From positions 132,952,269 to 133,009,115 of the forward strand of contig NC_068983.1 in NCBI RefSeq assembly GCF_001194135.2: DNA of 56,847 nt. The letters run 5' to 3'. The stretch comes from Octopus bimaculoides. Its lineage: Eukaryota. The translations under genes and the position numbers were made by a program. Every line of letters begins with the position of its first letter. Positions within the stretch are counted from its first letter, which is position 1. Of the stretch, positions 15,668 to 28,540 are shown in pieces. The notes below the pieces were generated by a model. It had not been told where the DNA came from. It worked only from the letters and a program-made list of their open reading frames with translations, and did no database searches.

Positions 15668-15861
15668 ACTATATGAAATCGACTTATAATCATATATGTG
15701 GATATATGTGTTCGTGCATGTGTGTTGTCTGTTTGAGTATGTATGTACTGATATGGGTCCATATATTAGAATCTAGTTTTCGCATTACCTCATATCCTAA
15801 TATAAATGTACAAACAGAGAGGCAGAGTTATAGACCAGCACATAAAGTGATAGGCGTCAAA

Positions 15862-15862
<1 letters not shown>

Positions 15863-15899
<37 letters not shown>

Positions 15900-15947
15900 G
15901 GATGGATGGATGGATGAATGGATGGATGGATAGATAGATAGACAGAC

Positions 15948-15987
<40 letters not shown>

Positions 15988-16026
15988 GGATAGATAGATA
16001 GATAGATTTGATTTGATTGATTGATT

Positions 16027-16064
<38 letters not shown>

Positions 16065-16110
16065 CAGACATACAAGAGACAAACCGAGAGCAGACAGACA
16101 GACAGATCGA
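15863..16110 (+). repeat. (GATA)n/(GATG)n/(GACA)n compound microsatellite
   Basis: Direct inspection. Confidence 0.97.
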
Positions 16111-17298
16111 TTGGTTTCTAGGAAAGAAAAAAGGTTAGTTATCTCAAAATAATTGATTTTCAATAAATGCATCAACATTAGGATATTGTTTACAGATAAT
16201 TAGTATTTCCTTAAACCATTTTGAGTTATCCCTATGGAAATTATCATTATCGGATATCAGGCAGAATAATTCCATTAAAATTGAAAGTGGCATCGCCATG
16301 AATTTTATCTGTAAATTGACCAAGATTAGGTTCTATAAATGTGTATATACAAGGAAGACATTCGTATAAGTACGCCTGCTGGGTATTTTCGATTAAGAAA
16401 CACAAATGGCTGTTCTCAATGTGGCTGCTTTTGGTGCTATAAATAACAAACTTTATACGAAATATTTGAATTGGTTTGTTCTCGAAATAATGTTGTCTTC
16501 AGATTTAATTAAGATTAAATAGTCTTAAGTAAATGGCAATAGAGAGTTCTTTATAAAACATTTATAGTATTTTCTTCTACTTCAAATCCTTATAGCTGGA
16601 TCGTATTATTACAGAGCAACAATCGTGAATATGATAAAATGCTAGGCAGTTGCTTTGGAAAATTATAATCTCCAGTCTTGTCTCTCAGTCTATCTCTGGA
16701 TAATATCCCGAAACAATTTCTTCTTGATATTTCTGAAAGTTAATCGAAAGAAAAGAAAAGCTTTATATTGTGACATTGGGTCTTATACATTTTTATTTTG
16801 CAACCTGGATGAAACACAGGAACGTTAAATCGATTTCTATTTCGGTAGCAGCTTTTATTTATGGGCGCAGTATGTTAAATAGTGAAGTTGATCTAGGTGG
16901 TATTTGAACTCATGTAAAGGGTCTCAAATACCGTAAAGAATTTTGTCCAATATTCTAAAAGTTTCATCAACATATTCCAGGTTTTTATATGTATTTTCGC
17001 ATCGATCAAATTGATTTCCATGGTAACAACTTAAATATAATGCTACTTAAAGTGTATCTCACTAACTATAGTGTCCTAAATATAGTAATTGTCCTTTCCC
17101 AATCTTCCGCTTCCTGAGTCAGTTCAGACTAAATTCAACCATAACTGTGTCGCAATAAATCATAATAATAAATCATAAACTTGATTATGAGTCCCTCTTA
17201 ATATCTCATTCTCAGAACCCGTTTAATATTAAGACAAAATCTACAGATATTTCAATCAGTAGTTGTTTTTATTAATAGCACTGATAATGTTAGTATAA

Positions 17299-18075
17299 TC
17301 TATCTATCTATCTATCTATATATNNNNNNNNNNACAGAGTTTGTGTGTGTATGTCTGTGTGTGGTGCGTATGTTCCTTATGGATTCGAAAACTTAGTTGC
17401 TGGTTTTCACGTATGAGGTATCAAAAGATCCAGTAATCTTTCGGCTACCAAATGAAGTATGCGAAACAACTCTTATTTTTTTTTACAAAAATTACCTCGG
17501 AAACGAGGCCGGGTCGCACAATTTTGAATTCATTTTCGGGCAATATTTGCATTAGCTTCTAATCAACGTTGCCAATGTTAATGTTTGCGGTGTCAAACAT
17601 TATGTTGTTTGTGGTTGTATATGCCTAGTCGGCCGCAAATTTCGTAAGGATTTTACTACAATCCCCTTATTTTGACTGCGCTTGTGCGTGTACTATAATA
17701 GGGTGGTGCGATGGAAAACAAATGTCTGACCTGATAACCTCATTGAAGACAACAACAACACCGCGCATGTTTGCGAGGACAAATTAAGGTCACATTCACA
17801 CATGAGTCTGCCCACGGTACGTGTCACTTCATTAGCCGCGATGCACAATGTGTTCAATGATTGGTACAATTTCCAATCAATGTTTCCTTATCATAGACAT
17901 GTTCTGAAATACCAGTTGGGCGTGATATTATTGATATCAACGACCGTGGCAACGCCAGACTGCTTTATGTGCGGTGCGTTAAGTTCCGGTTGCACTCGAA
18001 AATTGAGTATATAAGCATATAGTACGATGTGGTTGTAGGTCATAACGCCCGGGCAACGCCGGGGTGCATTACTAG
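17299..18075 (+). mobile_element. Non-autonomous Helitron (about 780 bp)
   Basis: 3' hairpin CCCGG-GCAACG-CCGGG (18048-18063), then CTAG (18072-18075) and T; 5' A|TCTATCTAT... start; A/T insertion site without TSD. The 3' end is firmer than the 5' end. Confidence 0.7.
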
Positions 18076-21048
18076 TTAAGTTATATTTAACAAAATAACA
18101 TCAACATCGTTCTAACTTCCACAGTATGCTTTCACAGTTATTATGGAATTTAGTTCCGAAACTACATAAGTTTCCATCGAGATATGACGAGATGCGAGTG
18201 TCTAGAATCTACACTGTCAGAGATCTAAGAGAATTTATTTCACATGATATTGAAAAATTTCGCATCATAAACTACAAAGAAATATACTGTATCTGAAAAA
18301 AAGTATATCGTAAAATATTTGTGTCTTTCTTTGTCGCTCTATGTGTGTTGGAGATGATAATGATGGTGATGGTGTTGATGGTGAGATTGTAGTTAATTAA
18401 ATGTAGTAATGGTGATGCTGATAACAGCAGTGAATATGCAGTTCACTCATCGTGTTATTGTTTCTTCTTGTTTAACCTCAGCTGTTTAATATAAAAATCA
18501 TTAAGTGTATAATAAGCATACAGCAGGCGGTCTTGTGTGATTTCTAGTGTGCTTCTTTGTGTAGTTCTGTGTGTATATATGTGTATGAACGTATATCTGT
18601 TTTCTTGTCTGAATGTAGTCTAGCATACGTGTGAGTTTATCTGGAGCTTTGTTTCCTTTTACTTTTTTGTATAGCCAGCACCCGCACTCACTCTCTCCCT
18701 CACACACACACGCACATACATGCGCACGTACATACTGACCTACAAACACACGTGCACACAGATGTTCACACACACACACACACACACACATCTACTCTGT
18801 TCTCTCCTCCCACTACACATTCCCACATAAAAGAACTACATTCTAAACGCATAAAACCATAAATCCTCAGCAGACATGAAAGTGAGCAAAAACGAAAACG
18901 ACGAAAGAATGATCCCTTAAAGAGGTCGCGGATGACTAGGCACATACAGCCACAAACATAAACTCACATAAAGCAGTCACACTGATGTACTCACATAACC
19001 ACACACACTAACTGAACAAAATAATTGTCAAGAATTCAAATGATATGCGGCCTACGTCATTGACTACTGTAATACTACTAAGGGACCGACGTTCGTCTAT
19101 GTCTGTACTCACAAACATGTATCGGGTGCATAAGCAGGTCACAGTACTTGGATGTAAAACGAGACGCTCTCCGATATGTAACTGTACACTGTGAAGCATT
19201 CAATACTCATCTTACATAGAAGCATACAAACGCACCCATCGTTCTTTATCTTTGAAAACTGCCCAGTATTAATGAACGATGTACTTGTTTGACAATGTAT
19301 TAGCATATATCGACAATCTAGCCATATATGACAGTGTATGTATATATAGATCTTGTATTTATGCAAGTCAATTTTGCTATATATATTGACCATCTATGAC
19401 AATTTGTTTGAATTTATGATCACACATGCATGAAAGATAATTTATTTGTCTTTATGAACCACGTATGCATTCAGTTATTACATGATTTTATGTGGGGAAA
19501 TGTGCCTTTACGTGTGTTTACGGATTGTATGTATATATTGAAATAGTATCAGTACTTTTATGCACCGACATGTCTGTGACATATTTGAGTGTCTATGATT
19601 ATCTTCCAGTCTCCCAATTAGTTCATGTTTTCCCTTTTTCATCTTTTTCTTTGAATAGATTCCTATTCTTTTCAAATCTAATCTCACCCTAATCAACTTA
19701 TTTCTAAATCTCCAGTGATTTGGGTTTACTTCTTTCTTTTCATATATAAAATCATACTTTTGCTACTTCCTCACCCCATGCGTTTGGTTCCAACCATCAA
19801 ATAATATTTGTCTTATTATAAAACTCGTTTCCTTAATATCTTATATAAACTTTGTAATAATTATTATATATTACAGTTTGACAAACATGCGGCGGTGAAA
19901 CTTCAAATTTACGGTCAATATTAGATGAAACGTATACATGTGCGTATGTCTATATACGTGTGCGTTTTTACGTGTGTATGTTGTTCTCCAATGCACTACC
20001 GCTGTTAGAAATCCTCAATTCATATGAATAAAAATTAGTCGATTCTTTAAGCTTATAGATATCATTATATTTCAAAATCCACAAAATATAACATGCGCAA
20101 AACCGACTCGCAAACATACACACACACTTTTTTGCTTGACATTAACTATTACAAAAGTTATGACACAATTCCCCAACTCATGCTGCTTCATGTATTTGAA
20201 TATCAAAGATTCCCTATTAATGTCTTTGAAAATACACACAACATTCAAAGAGATCTTTTATGGCAAAATATCTTTTATGGAAGACATGTTCCTTCTTTGA
20301 AAGATTCGAAATAAGCTTGATATTTATTTGGGTTTTTTACCTTTACANNNNNNNNNNGTTTAGCTCCAACTGATTTTTTTTCAAGTATTGAAATATGCTC
20401 ATTTCTGAAACTAAATATTTATTATAATCAGAATCTCCATATCAGTATGGAGCTCTAGAAGCACTCATTCCACAACATGCCACAATTTCTTTTGTCTTAC
20501 TTCCTTTCTATTACTTTGTGCTTTGTTTTGTTTTTTGTTTATCTTTTACTCTTTAGCAAAACTATTTGTAACAAAAATATTTTATTGACAATTTATTTTG
20601 CATTTTGAGGTAATCAGACGGATTTCTGGAAAGTACTTGATAACAAAAATAAAAGCAATTTATACTTAAACTAAAAGTGATCAAAAAATATATTAAAGAA
20701 ATACATGATTAAACAAAATGTGAAAGAACAAATCCATCTCTTGGTAAAACAGACTTCGTATTTATATTTTTTATGATATTCCCCTTACTTCAATTGAATC
20801 AGGATTCCATAGCTTCCATGTATCTTTATTTTTCAAAACGGCTCTTTTTTTTTTTGACAATATACTGAGTACAGGATTGCATGCAGAATTTATTTTTCTT
20901 GTCTCTAGGTTATTTTACTTTGCTTACTTTATGTGTTGGTTTCATTTTTCTTCAGCTATCAATCTTCTTCTGAAATTACGATCACTAATTGGCCATCAGC
21001 AATACTAAAACGAATTTCTACCAAGATTATTGTGATTGTTTTTATTGC

Positions 21049-21105
<57 letters not shown>

Positions 21106-21399
21106 CAGCAGTGGTTTATTTTCATGGCTGTCCTAATGATGTCATTATCTCCAGCAACGTTGTCGTCGTCGTCGTACTCGTCGTCATCCCCCACATTCAT
21201 CGGCAACATCACCATCACCAATGTCATCATAGTAGTAACGATAAAAGATATAAATCTTATGGAGTTGGCAATGCCAAAGACCTGATTTAAACTTTCCGAG
21301 TAAATAGAAGACATTTTGAAAGAAATGCGTTTATATCAATATGAATATACATGCATGTAGCTAAATATATTAACGTGTGTGTATATTTATCTACATATT

Positions 21400-21470
<71 letters not shown>

Positions 21471-22799
21471 NNNNNNNNNNNNNNNNNNNNNNNNNNNNNN
21501 NNNNNNNNNNNNNNNNNNNNNNNNNNNNNNNNNNNNNNNNNNNNNNNNNNNNNNNNNNNNNNNNNNNNNNNNNNNNNNNNNNNNNNNNNNNNNNNNNNNN
21601 NNNNNNNNNNNNNNNNNNNNNNNNNNNNNNNNNNNNNNNNNNNNNNNNNNNNNNNNNNNNNNNNNNNNNNNNNNNNNNNNNNNNNNNNNNNNNNNNNNNN
21701 NNNNNNNNNNNNNNNNNNNNNNNNNNNNNNNNNNNNNNNNNNNNNNNNNNNNNNNNNNNNNNNNNNNNNNNNNNNNNNNNNNNNNNNNNNNNNNNNNNNN
21801 NNNNNNNNNNNNNNNNNNNNNNNNNNNNNNNNNNNNNNNNNNNNNNNNNNNNNNNNNNNNNNNNNNNNNNNNNNNNNNNNNNNNNNNNNNNNNNNNNNNN
21901 NNNNNNNNNNNNNNNNNNNNNNNNNNNNNNNNNNNNNNNNNNNNNNNNNNNNNNNNNNNNNNNNNNNNNNNNNNNNNNNNNNNNNNNNNNNNNNNNNNNN
22001 NNNNNNNNNNNNNNNNNNNNNNNNNNNNNNNNNNNNNNNNNNNNNNNNNNNNNNNNNNNNNNNNNNNNNNNNNNNNNNNNNNNNNNNNNNNNNNNNNNNN
22101 NNNNNNNNNNNNNNNNNNNNNNNNNNNNNNNNNNNNNNNNNNNNNNNNNNNNNNNNNNNNNNNNNNNNNNNNNNNNNNNNNNNNNNNNNNNNNNNNNNNN
22201 NNNNNNNNNNNNNNNNNNNNNNNNNNNNNNNNNNNNNNNNNNNNNNNNNNNNNNNNNNNNNNNNNNNNNNNNNNNNNNNNNNNNNNNNNNNNNNNNNNNN
22301 NNNNNNNNNNNNNNNNNNNNNNNNNNNNNNNNNNNNNNNNNNNNNNNNNNNNNNNNNNNNNNNNNNNNNNNNNNNNNNNNNNNNNNNNNNNNNNNNNNNN
22401 NNNNNNGTGTGTGTGCGTGTGTATGTGTGTGTGAGAGAGCGGTGTGTATGTAGTATTTACTTTCTCTCTCTCTCTCTCATACACACGAACACACACACTC
22501 ACACACAAAATAGAGAGTGAAAGCTTTTTGCCGTTGTTACGTCAATACCGGAAGTTGACATTGAGGAACCTTTTTAAAGAAGTGAATCTTAAATATAAAG
22601 CAATATTATTTATTTTTAATTAAAAAAATCAAATGAAGAGCCTAAGATTTATCCGAGGTCAAATTATTTATGCATTACAAGTATGGAAGCATTTGGCGAA
22701 GTCGATTTCACGTGAAAAGCAATTACACACACATCTCTGTTTTATATATATTATAGATGTAAATGTATTAAATATATATGTATCTATTATATGTATCTA

Positions 22800-22877
<78 letters not shown>

Positions 22878-24662
22878 GTATGCATCTATGTATGTATGTA
22901 TGTATTATGTATGAACGTACGTATCTATGTGCGTATGTATGTATATAAAGCAAAGTTATTTTATTCCACACTGATTGAAATATAGAGAAAACAAGTTGAA
23001 ATTGCAGTGGGATGCCTTCAGATTTCTTTATTTTTGAAGATTTAACCGGATTCACAGATTTCCTTGATCTTTCAAAATTTGAGATAGAAAGACATGGACC
23101 TATGCTAAAACTGTCTTGCTTTTGATTCGGAATTCAGGAAGAAAATGTCTTGTTTTTATAGAAAAATCATAGCTGAAATTATTATATCTTTAGGATAAGT
23201 TTTGAGTGGTTGACGATGATGTGGGGTCCTCACTATGCCGTGCGTTAATATCATGTTGCTATATTGTTTGCGCTGAAAACTAAGGCTGGCACGATTGACT
23301 GTCACTAAAATGGTTCAAGTCGCTACTTATTTTGTGCTGTCGGACGGGTAATTCGGATGTATTAATCGGTTTAAATTTGGTTAATAGAGAACGTGTATTC
23401 AAATAAAGTTATTATGAACAATTTTTTCTGTATTGAAATAAGAACTTTTGAGAACTAGAACAAGTATTGTATATTTACTGGCATGGTTATTTGTGCAGTC
23501 AGTTGATTCCCAATTCTAGTAGTTATGGTGATATCCTCGTATCTTTCAGGTGAATAGTTTTGATTTACCTGTATTGATAGTTGTAATAAGGTCTGTTCTG
23601 AAATTTAGGTACTTATTAGTTATTACAGTTCATCGGCTTAAACTTGATGTGTCTTTCTACTGAGGTTCCGAATTTCTGTATATAATGAGTTTACTTCAGC
23701 TATTCGTCTTCATTCTGGGATCGCAATATAACTTACCTTCATGGAACACCGATTGAAGATCTTTGCCTATCTATAATTATAGGGGAAAGGTTTATCTAGC
23801 ACAACCAGGAATTTCTCTTTTGTTGGTCTTAACTGAAGTAGCCTTGGTATAGCAAACAATTTGCATATCCTGTTTAGCAGGAAGAAATACGACCACTTCA
23901 GAAAAGATAATTAATAAATCTATCTGTGAAGTCAATCCGGCAGCAGTGTTGTAGTAGTCTAGCAATTACACAAATCACCGTGTAAACTAATCATTATTTT
24001 CTTTCTCATTTAATAATAAAATCTCTTATACACAGATGACCATCGCAGTGCAGACATCAATAGCTTCATTCAAACCAGCCACAATAACAGACGCATCAAC
24101 AAATAATGAAAACACTTGAAAAATTTTAATACAAATTATACAAACTGTTAAAGGGGTGTTCCAACTAACAAAAAACTCATTCACTCAAATTACCGTTTTC
24201 TCGCATAAAGATTAGTCAGAAATCTTTCGTTTAATATCAGGATTTAGTCAACAACTTCTTAAGATATGTTTCTATTTAAAGAAAACTGACGTATAAACAT
24301 AAAAAATACATATGCAATATCTATATGTTACTATAATTACGTGCATATGTGTGTGAGTGCGCGTGCGCGTACGAGAGGGTGTGTGATATAGTAATTTATT
24401 GTTGTTGAAAAAGTACTTGATTACAATTCATTTCAGTTTACTCTGATGATTCCTAAGATCTTAATGAAGAATTAACTAAAGTTCATGAATTATGAAGAGT
24501 GGCAGTGAGAGTGATTGGTGTGAGTGTATGGAAATGTGGAAGTATAAAAAAATCTATTCGACTGTGTCGGGTAGATCAGTTTAACTGGGTAGATTTATAT
24601 TAAGAGATACGTCGTACGTTATTTACATTTGACGGATACTTGTCCTCATCTTGCTTGTTGTT

Positions 24663-24708
24663 AACACAACATTTCGTCTGATATACCCTCCAGTCTTCAT
24701 CAGGTGTC
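24663..24708 (-). ncRNA. Minimal hammerhead ribozyme motif in pLTR (degenerate)
   Basis: GACAC-CTGATGA-A-GACTG-loop-CAGAC-GAAA-TGTT-GTGTT on the minus strand. Confidence 0.7.
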
Positions 24709-26444
24709 TTGGGGAAATTTCGAACCTGGATTCTCATTCCTAAGGTATTTTTCATTGTTATTATTATTATTATTATTATAGTCCTTTCCAAATCGAAAAA
24801 GAATCATCTTCTGTATTGGAAAAGTATTTGTGAGTTATGTACAAACCTTCATAAAAACATATACATATGTTAGTTAAGAACTCGGAATCTTGGGACTAGT
24901 AGCCCGCGTTCTTAACCACTACACCATGTGCCCGTTAGCAATTATGGAGTGAATTTTAGGGCTTATAAATCTTAATATTTTCCTATCTTTCATTAATACC
25001 AGTTCCCATATGCTATTCATATCTGCACTCGGTCTGCTTAGGGGGTTGTTGTGTCCTAGTATATGTGTTGCTTCTTTTAGTTTTCGTATTTTCCAGTGAT
25101 ATTCTCTGTCTATTATTTCAACTTCATCCCGCAGGGGGAGGTGGTCCCCATTTTTCCGTACATGATCAACTATACCCGATTTATCAATATCTCCTTGTGT
25201 CACAGCTTTGCGATGTTCATCTATCCTTATTCTGAGGGGGCGACATGTTTCGCCTTTGTATAACCAACCACAGCTGCATGGGATGGCGTACATGCAGTTT
25301 TTGGTCATATTCCTTTCTATTGGTGGTTTTACTCAAAGGAGATATTTGCGAAGTGTTGTATTACTCTTGAATACTCTCCTGATATCATATGGGCTGCATA
25401 TCTTTTGTATCTTTTCGGAGAGTCCTTTCACATAGGGTAGATAGACCGTGGAAAGTGTATTGGTTTCATCCTCTCTTTTCTTCATAATTGGAGTGAATAA
25501 TATGTTTTGGGGGTAGTTGTTGCTTAATATATTGTTATGGAGCTTGATCATTTATTCATGGTGTGTATCACGATCGCTACTTATATTCTTTGTTCGATGT
25601 TTTAGGCACTGAGCAATCCCTCTCTTTACACTGTATGAATGATGGGAATTGAAGTTGAGGTACGGTTCAGTGAAGGTCGGCTTGCGTTATACGGAGGTCT
25701 TGAATCGATACTTGGTGCATGTTATTAATACGTCCAGGAATGCTAGCTGATTATCTTTTTCATGTTCCATTGTGAACTCTATGGATGGTTTTATTGAGTT
25801 CACATGATCTAACAGTACTTGGACATTTTCATGGTGGGACCAGAGAATAAAGGTGTCATCAACATATCGCAGCCATATAGTTGTTTTTAGTGGTGTTAAT
25901 CCTAAAATCAAATTCTCAAAGTATTCCATGTATATATTGGCTATTATCGGTGATAATGGCGAATCCATAGCTAAATTCTCTTTATGTCGATATATATCAG
26001 TGTCCATACTGAAGTAGGTAGTTTCTACACAGAAGGTCAACATTTCTATCAAGTTTCTTATTGGTATACTAGTGCGTTCTTTTAGATGGGTTTCTACCAC
26101 TAATTTCACTTGAATCTTGAATAAGGGAAATGCCACAGTGGTGATGAATAAGTCTGACTACTCGGGAAAATTGGCAAGTGTTATAAGTGATGGTAGTAGC
26201 TACAGCAAAGTAAAGAAAGACCCAACTATAAAAACAGAGAGGAAGTTGTCACAGATCTTAATCAAGAACAAAGATCACTTTACACCGATGAAGTACAGAC
26301 AACTGACTTAAGGATGGATAGGAAAATATTTGATTTATAAGCTCTAAAATTCACCCCATAATTCCACACGGGCATATGACGTAGTGGTTAAGAGCGCGGG
26401 CTAATAATCCCAAGATTCCGACTCCGATTCCAGGCAGTGACCTC

Positions 26445-26520
<76 letters not shown>

Positions 26521-26594
26521 GCAACAAGAACAACAACAACAAAAACATCGAAAAATATATTATGAATGAGAACCCAGTTTCAAAATTTCCTCAA

Positions 26595-26640
26595 GACACC
26601 TGATGAAGGCTGGAGGGTATATCACCCGAAACGTTATGTT
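26595..26640 (+). ncRNA. Minimal type-I hammerhead ribozyme motif in pLTR (one stem-II and one stem-I mismatch)
   Basis: GACAC-CTGATGA-A-GGCTG-loop-CACCC-GAAA-CGTT-ATGTT. Confidence 0.75.
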
Positions 26641-27389
26641 AATAACAAACAAGATGAGGACAAATATCCGTCAAATGTAAATAATGTACATAATTCCTCA
26701 TCTCTAAAAATATAGAAACGAAATATTTTGTGTTTAATTATTCAGAAAACTTCTTACGAGAAATAAATCAATTGCGCAATCTGCGGTATTTTTGATACGA
26801 TGTAAAGTTTGATTTCAGTGATATATATTTTATTGACAATGTTGATGACCCGTTCTGGAAATCTCTACCATTCGCTAATTTTATTATTTGTTATTGCAAA
26901 AAATTTGGAAAATAAGAGCGTTTTAGATGGTTTATACACACAAGAAAGTAAAAAAGAGAAAAATAAGAAAAGAAACGGGAAAAGGGAAGGAAAAAAATGA
27001 AGCATATTTAATCAAAGAGTTTTGTGTAAATATTATGAAAACTAACATTGGAGTTTCTGCGCGCTGCAATCGACTAGCCGGTATAATCGACTAACCGATC
27101 CTCCTACCCTCACCCGCGTATTTCAGGCCATGTGCATATAGTCGAAAGAATTATTATGATTGTTGTGCTTGTTGCTATTGCTGTTATTATTTTCATATCT
27201 AACATGCTAAACTTGAAGGGTTTACTTACCATGAACTAAGGAGGTACTTTCTTTTCAAATCTCCAGAATTCCTGAAAGACTCTTTGCGCTACCAAGTAAT
27301 GTTTTGTGGATGTGCTCTCTATTCGTATTTATACCTAACATTGCCAACACATTTGTTTTTTTTGTTTTTTTTGTTTTTTTGTTTTTTGC

Positions 27390-28540
27390 TTTACATTCCT
27401 CCGGCATCAACAATTTTTGGAACTATATACACTTTTTACATTGACCACAGTTTTCTAATTTCTATCCTCGGAGCTTCATATTGCGTCAAGTAATTAGTTT
27501 TGCCTCTTCTTGACGACTCTGTAATCAACATGGCAAGCGAGGGGGTGTGATCAGGCATATGTTTTCTTCCTTTACCAGAACAACATCGGATCTCTCTTGA
27601 TCAACTCTGTGACGACATTGGATCATAAAATTCCAAAGCATCTTAACTGTTATTTTCTACCACACCCTTTCGCCCTTTTCAATCAGAATGTGTTACTTAG
27701 TTTCCAGTGGACCATTCTGGCGTCATTGCTATGCATTCTTTTGTATTCTTTCTCGGCTAGTTTACAGAATTGGTTGAAAATATGCCACGGTGTTTTATCG
27801 GTACCACTATACATTCTGCATTTCTCAGATTGTGCAGATTAGCCAATTCTGTGCTTGATGCATTTAGATCTCAATGATTGTTCCCGCACTGCACGTATCA
27901 AGGCCTCCGTTTTGGGTTTCATATCGCTCCTTTGTAGCCACAACCTTCTTTCATCTGAGTCTATGTCCTGCGGAATCTCTCTTACGAACCGACCGTGTAT
28001 TTTTTTTGTTTTTTTTCCGGTGGCTTTCTCAAATCGTTGTTGCCTTTTATTTCGTAATTCATCATGTCCTGATTGCTTTTCGTATGTAATAGAACAACCT
28101 TTCTTATTTGTATATGTAATGCTTCCTTTTACAGTCTAAAACAATGTTGTTTACCTGTGTTGGAGTACAATCATTCCAACTTTTCAATCACGTCCTTCAT
28201 TTTCTTTCTTGTAAGGTGTAGACTATCAGCATCACTCTTCAGTTAGAAGTGACCGTATATTGTTAGCAGTTTCTTTAATTTCTTATCCAAGGTTTGTGAT
28301 CCCTCTGATCGTCTTCGCTGCACTTCTGCTTCATCTGAAGAGAGCAATTGCGCATGAATTATTGCTTTGAATTTATTCCTTCCATTCGAGTTAATCTTCA
28401 GAATCAATTCCTGCAATACTCTCGAGAGAATAACTTATTCATTTAGTTTTCCATATGTTCACCAACGCCCAGTATGCCCGTATGCCTGTAACCTGCTTTT
28501 TCTATTCTCTTCATTACCTCTCCTGTGGGCCACTTCATGA
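27390..28540 (-). mobile_element. Decayed, 5'-truncated R4/Dong-clade non-LTR retrotransposon (RT C-terminus, zinc knuckle, restriction-like endonuclease)
   Basis: Manual translation with stops and frameshifts: GYRHTGILG...LDKKLKKLLTIYG...HGRFVREIPQDID...WLQRSDMKPKTEALI...KCRM...HI...CKLAEKEYKRMH...VHWKL...KMLWNFMIQ...RSDVVLV. Confidence 0.88.

Larger units (their letters stand above)
24594..26718 (-). mobile_element. Penelope-like retroelement, 5'-truncated and decayed (RT + GIY-YIG endonuclease), flanked by inverted pLTRs
   Basis: Minus ORF 25687-26136 has LAMDSPLSPIIANIYME...WLRYVDDTF...FTMEHEKDNQLAFLDV (PLE RT). 25333-25551 is the linker (LPYVKGLSEKI). 24919-25308 has MYAIPCSCGWLYKGET...RIDEH...RKLKEATHI (GIY-YIG). 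Frameshifts and stops separate them. The plus-strand piece 26117-26311 (NKGNATVVMNKSDY...KDPT) is the N-terminal RT region, inverted. Confidence 0.93.

Noticed and set aside
19008-19199. Roughly 60-codon open frames on both strands with moderate GC
   Set aside because: No recognisable motif or convincing splice sites; within chance expectation.
14781-24781. Exactly 10,000-bp spacing of the duplicated segment
   Set aside because: The interval includes estimated gap lengths and the copies have diverged; the round number is coincidence.
26370-26442. Possible tRNA genes (anticodon loop ACT-like)
   Set aside because: The acceptor and T stems are mismatched, the copies are embedded in pLTRs and differ in the anticodon loop; treated as tRNA-derived cassettes.
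26650-26680. GATGAG-GAC...GTC-AAA downstream of each hammerhead as a second ribozyme
   Set aside because: It lacks the CU of CUGA and the G of GAAA in all four copies.
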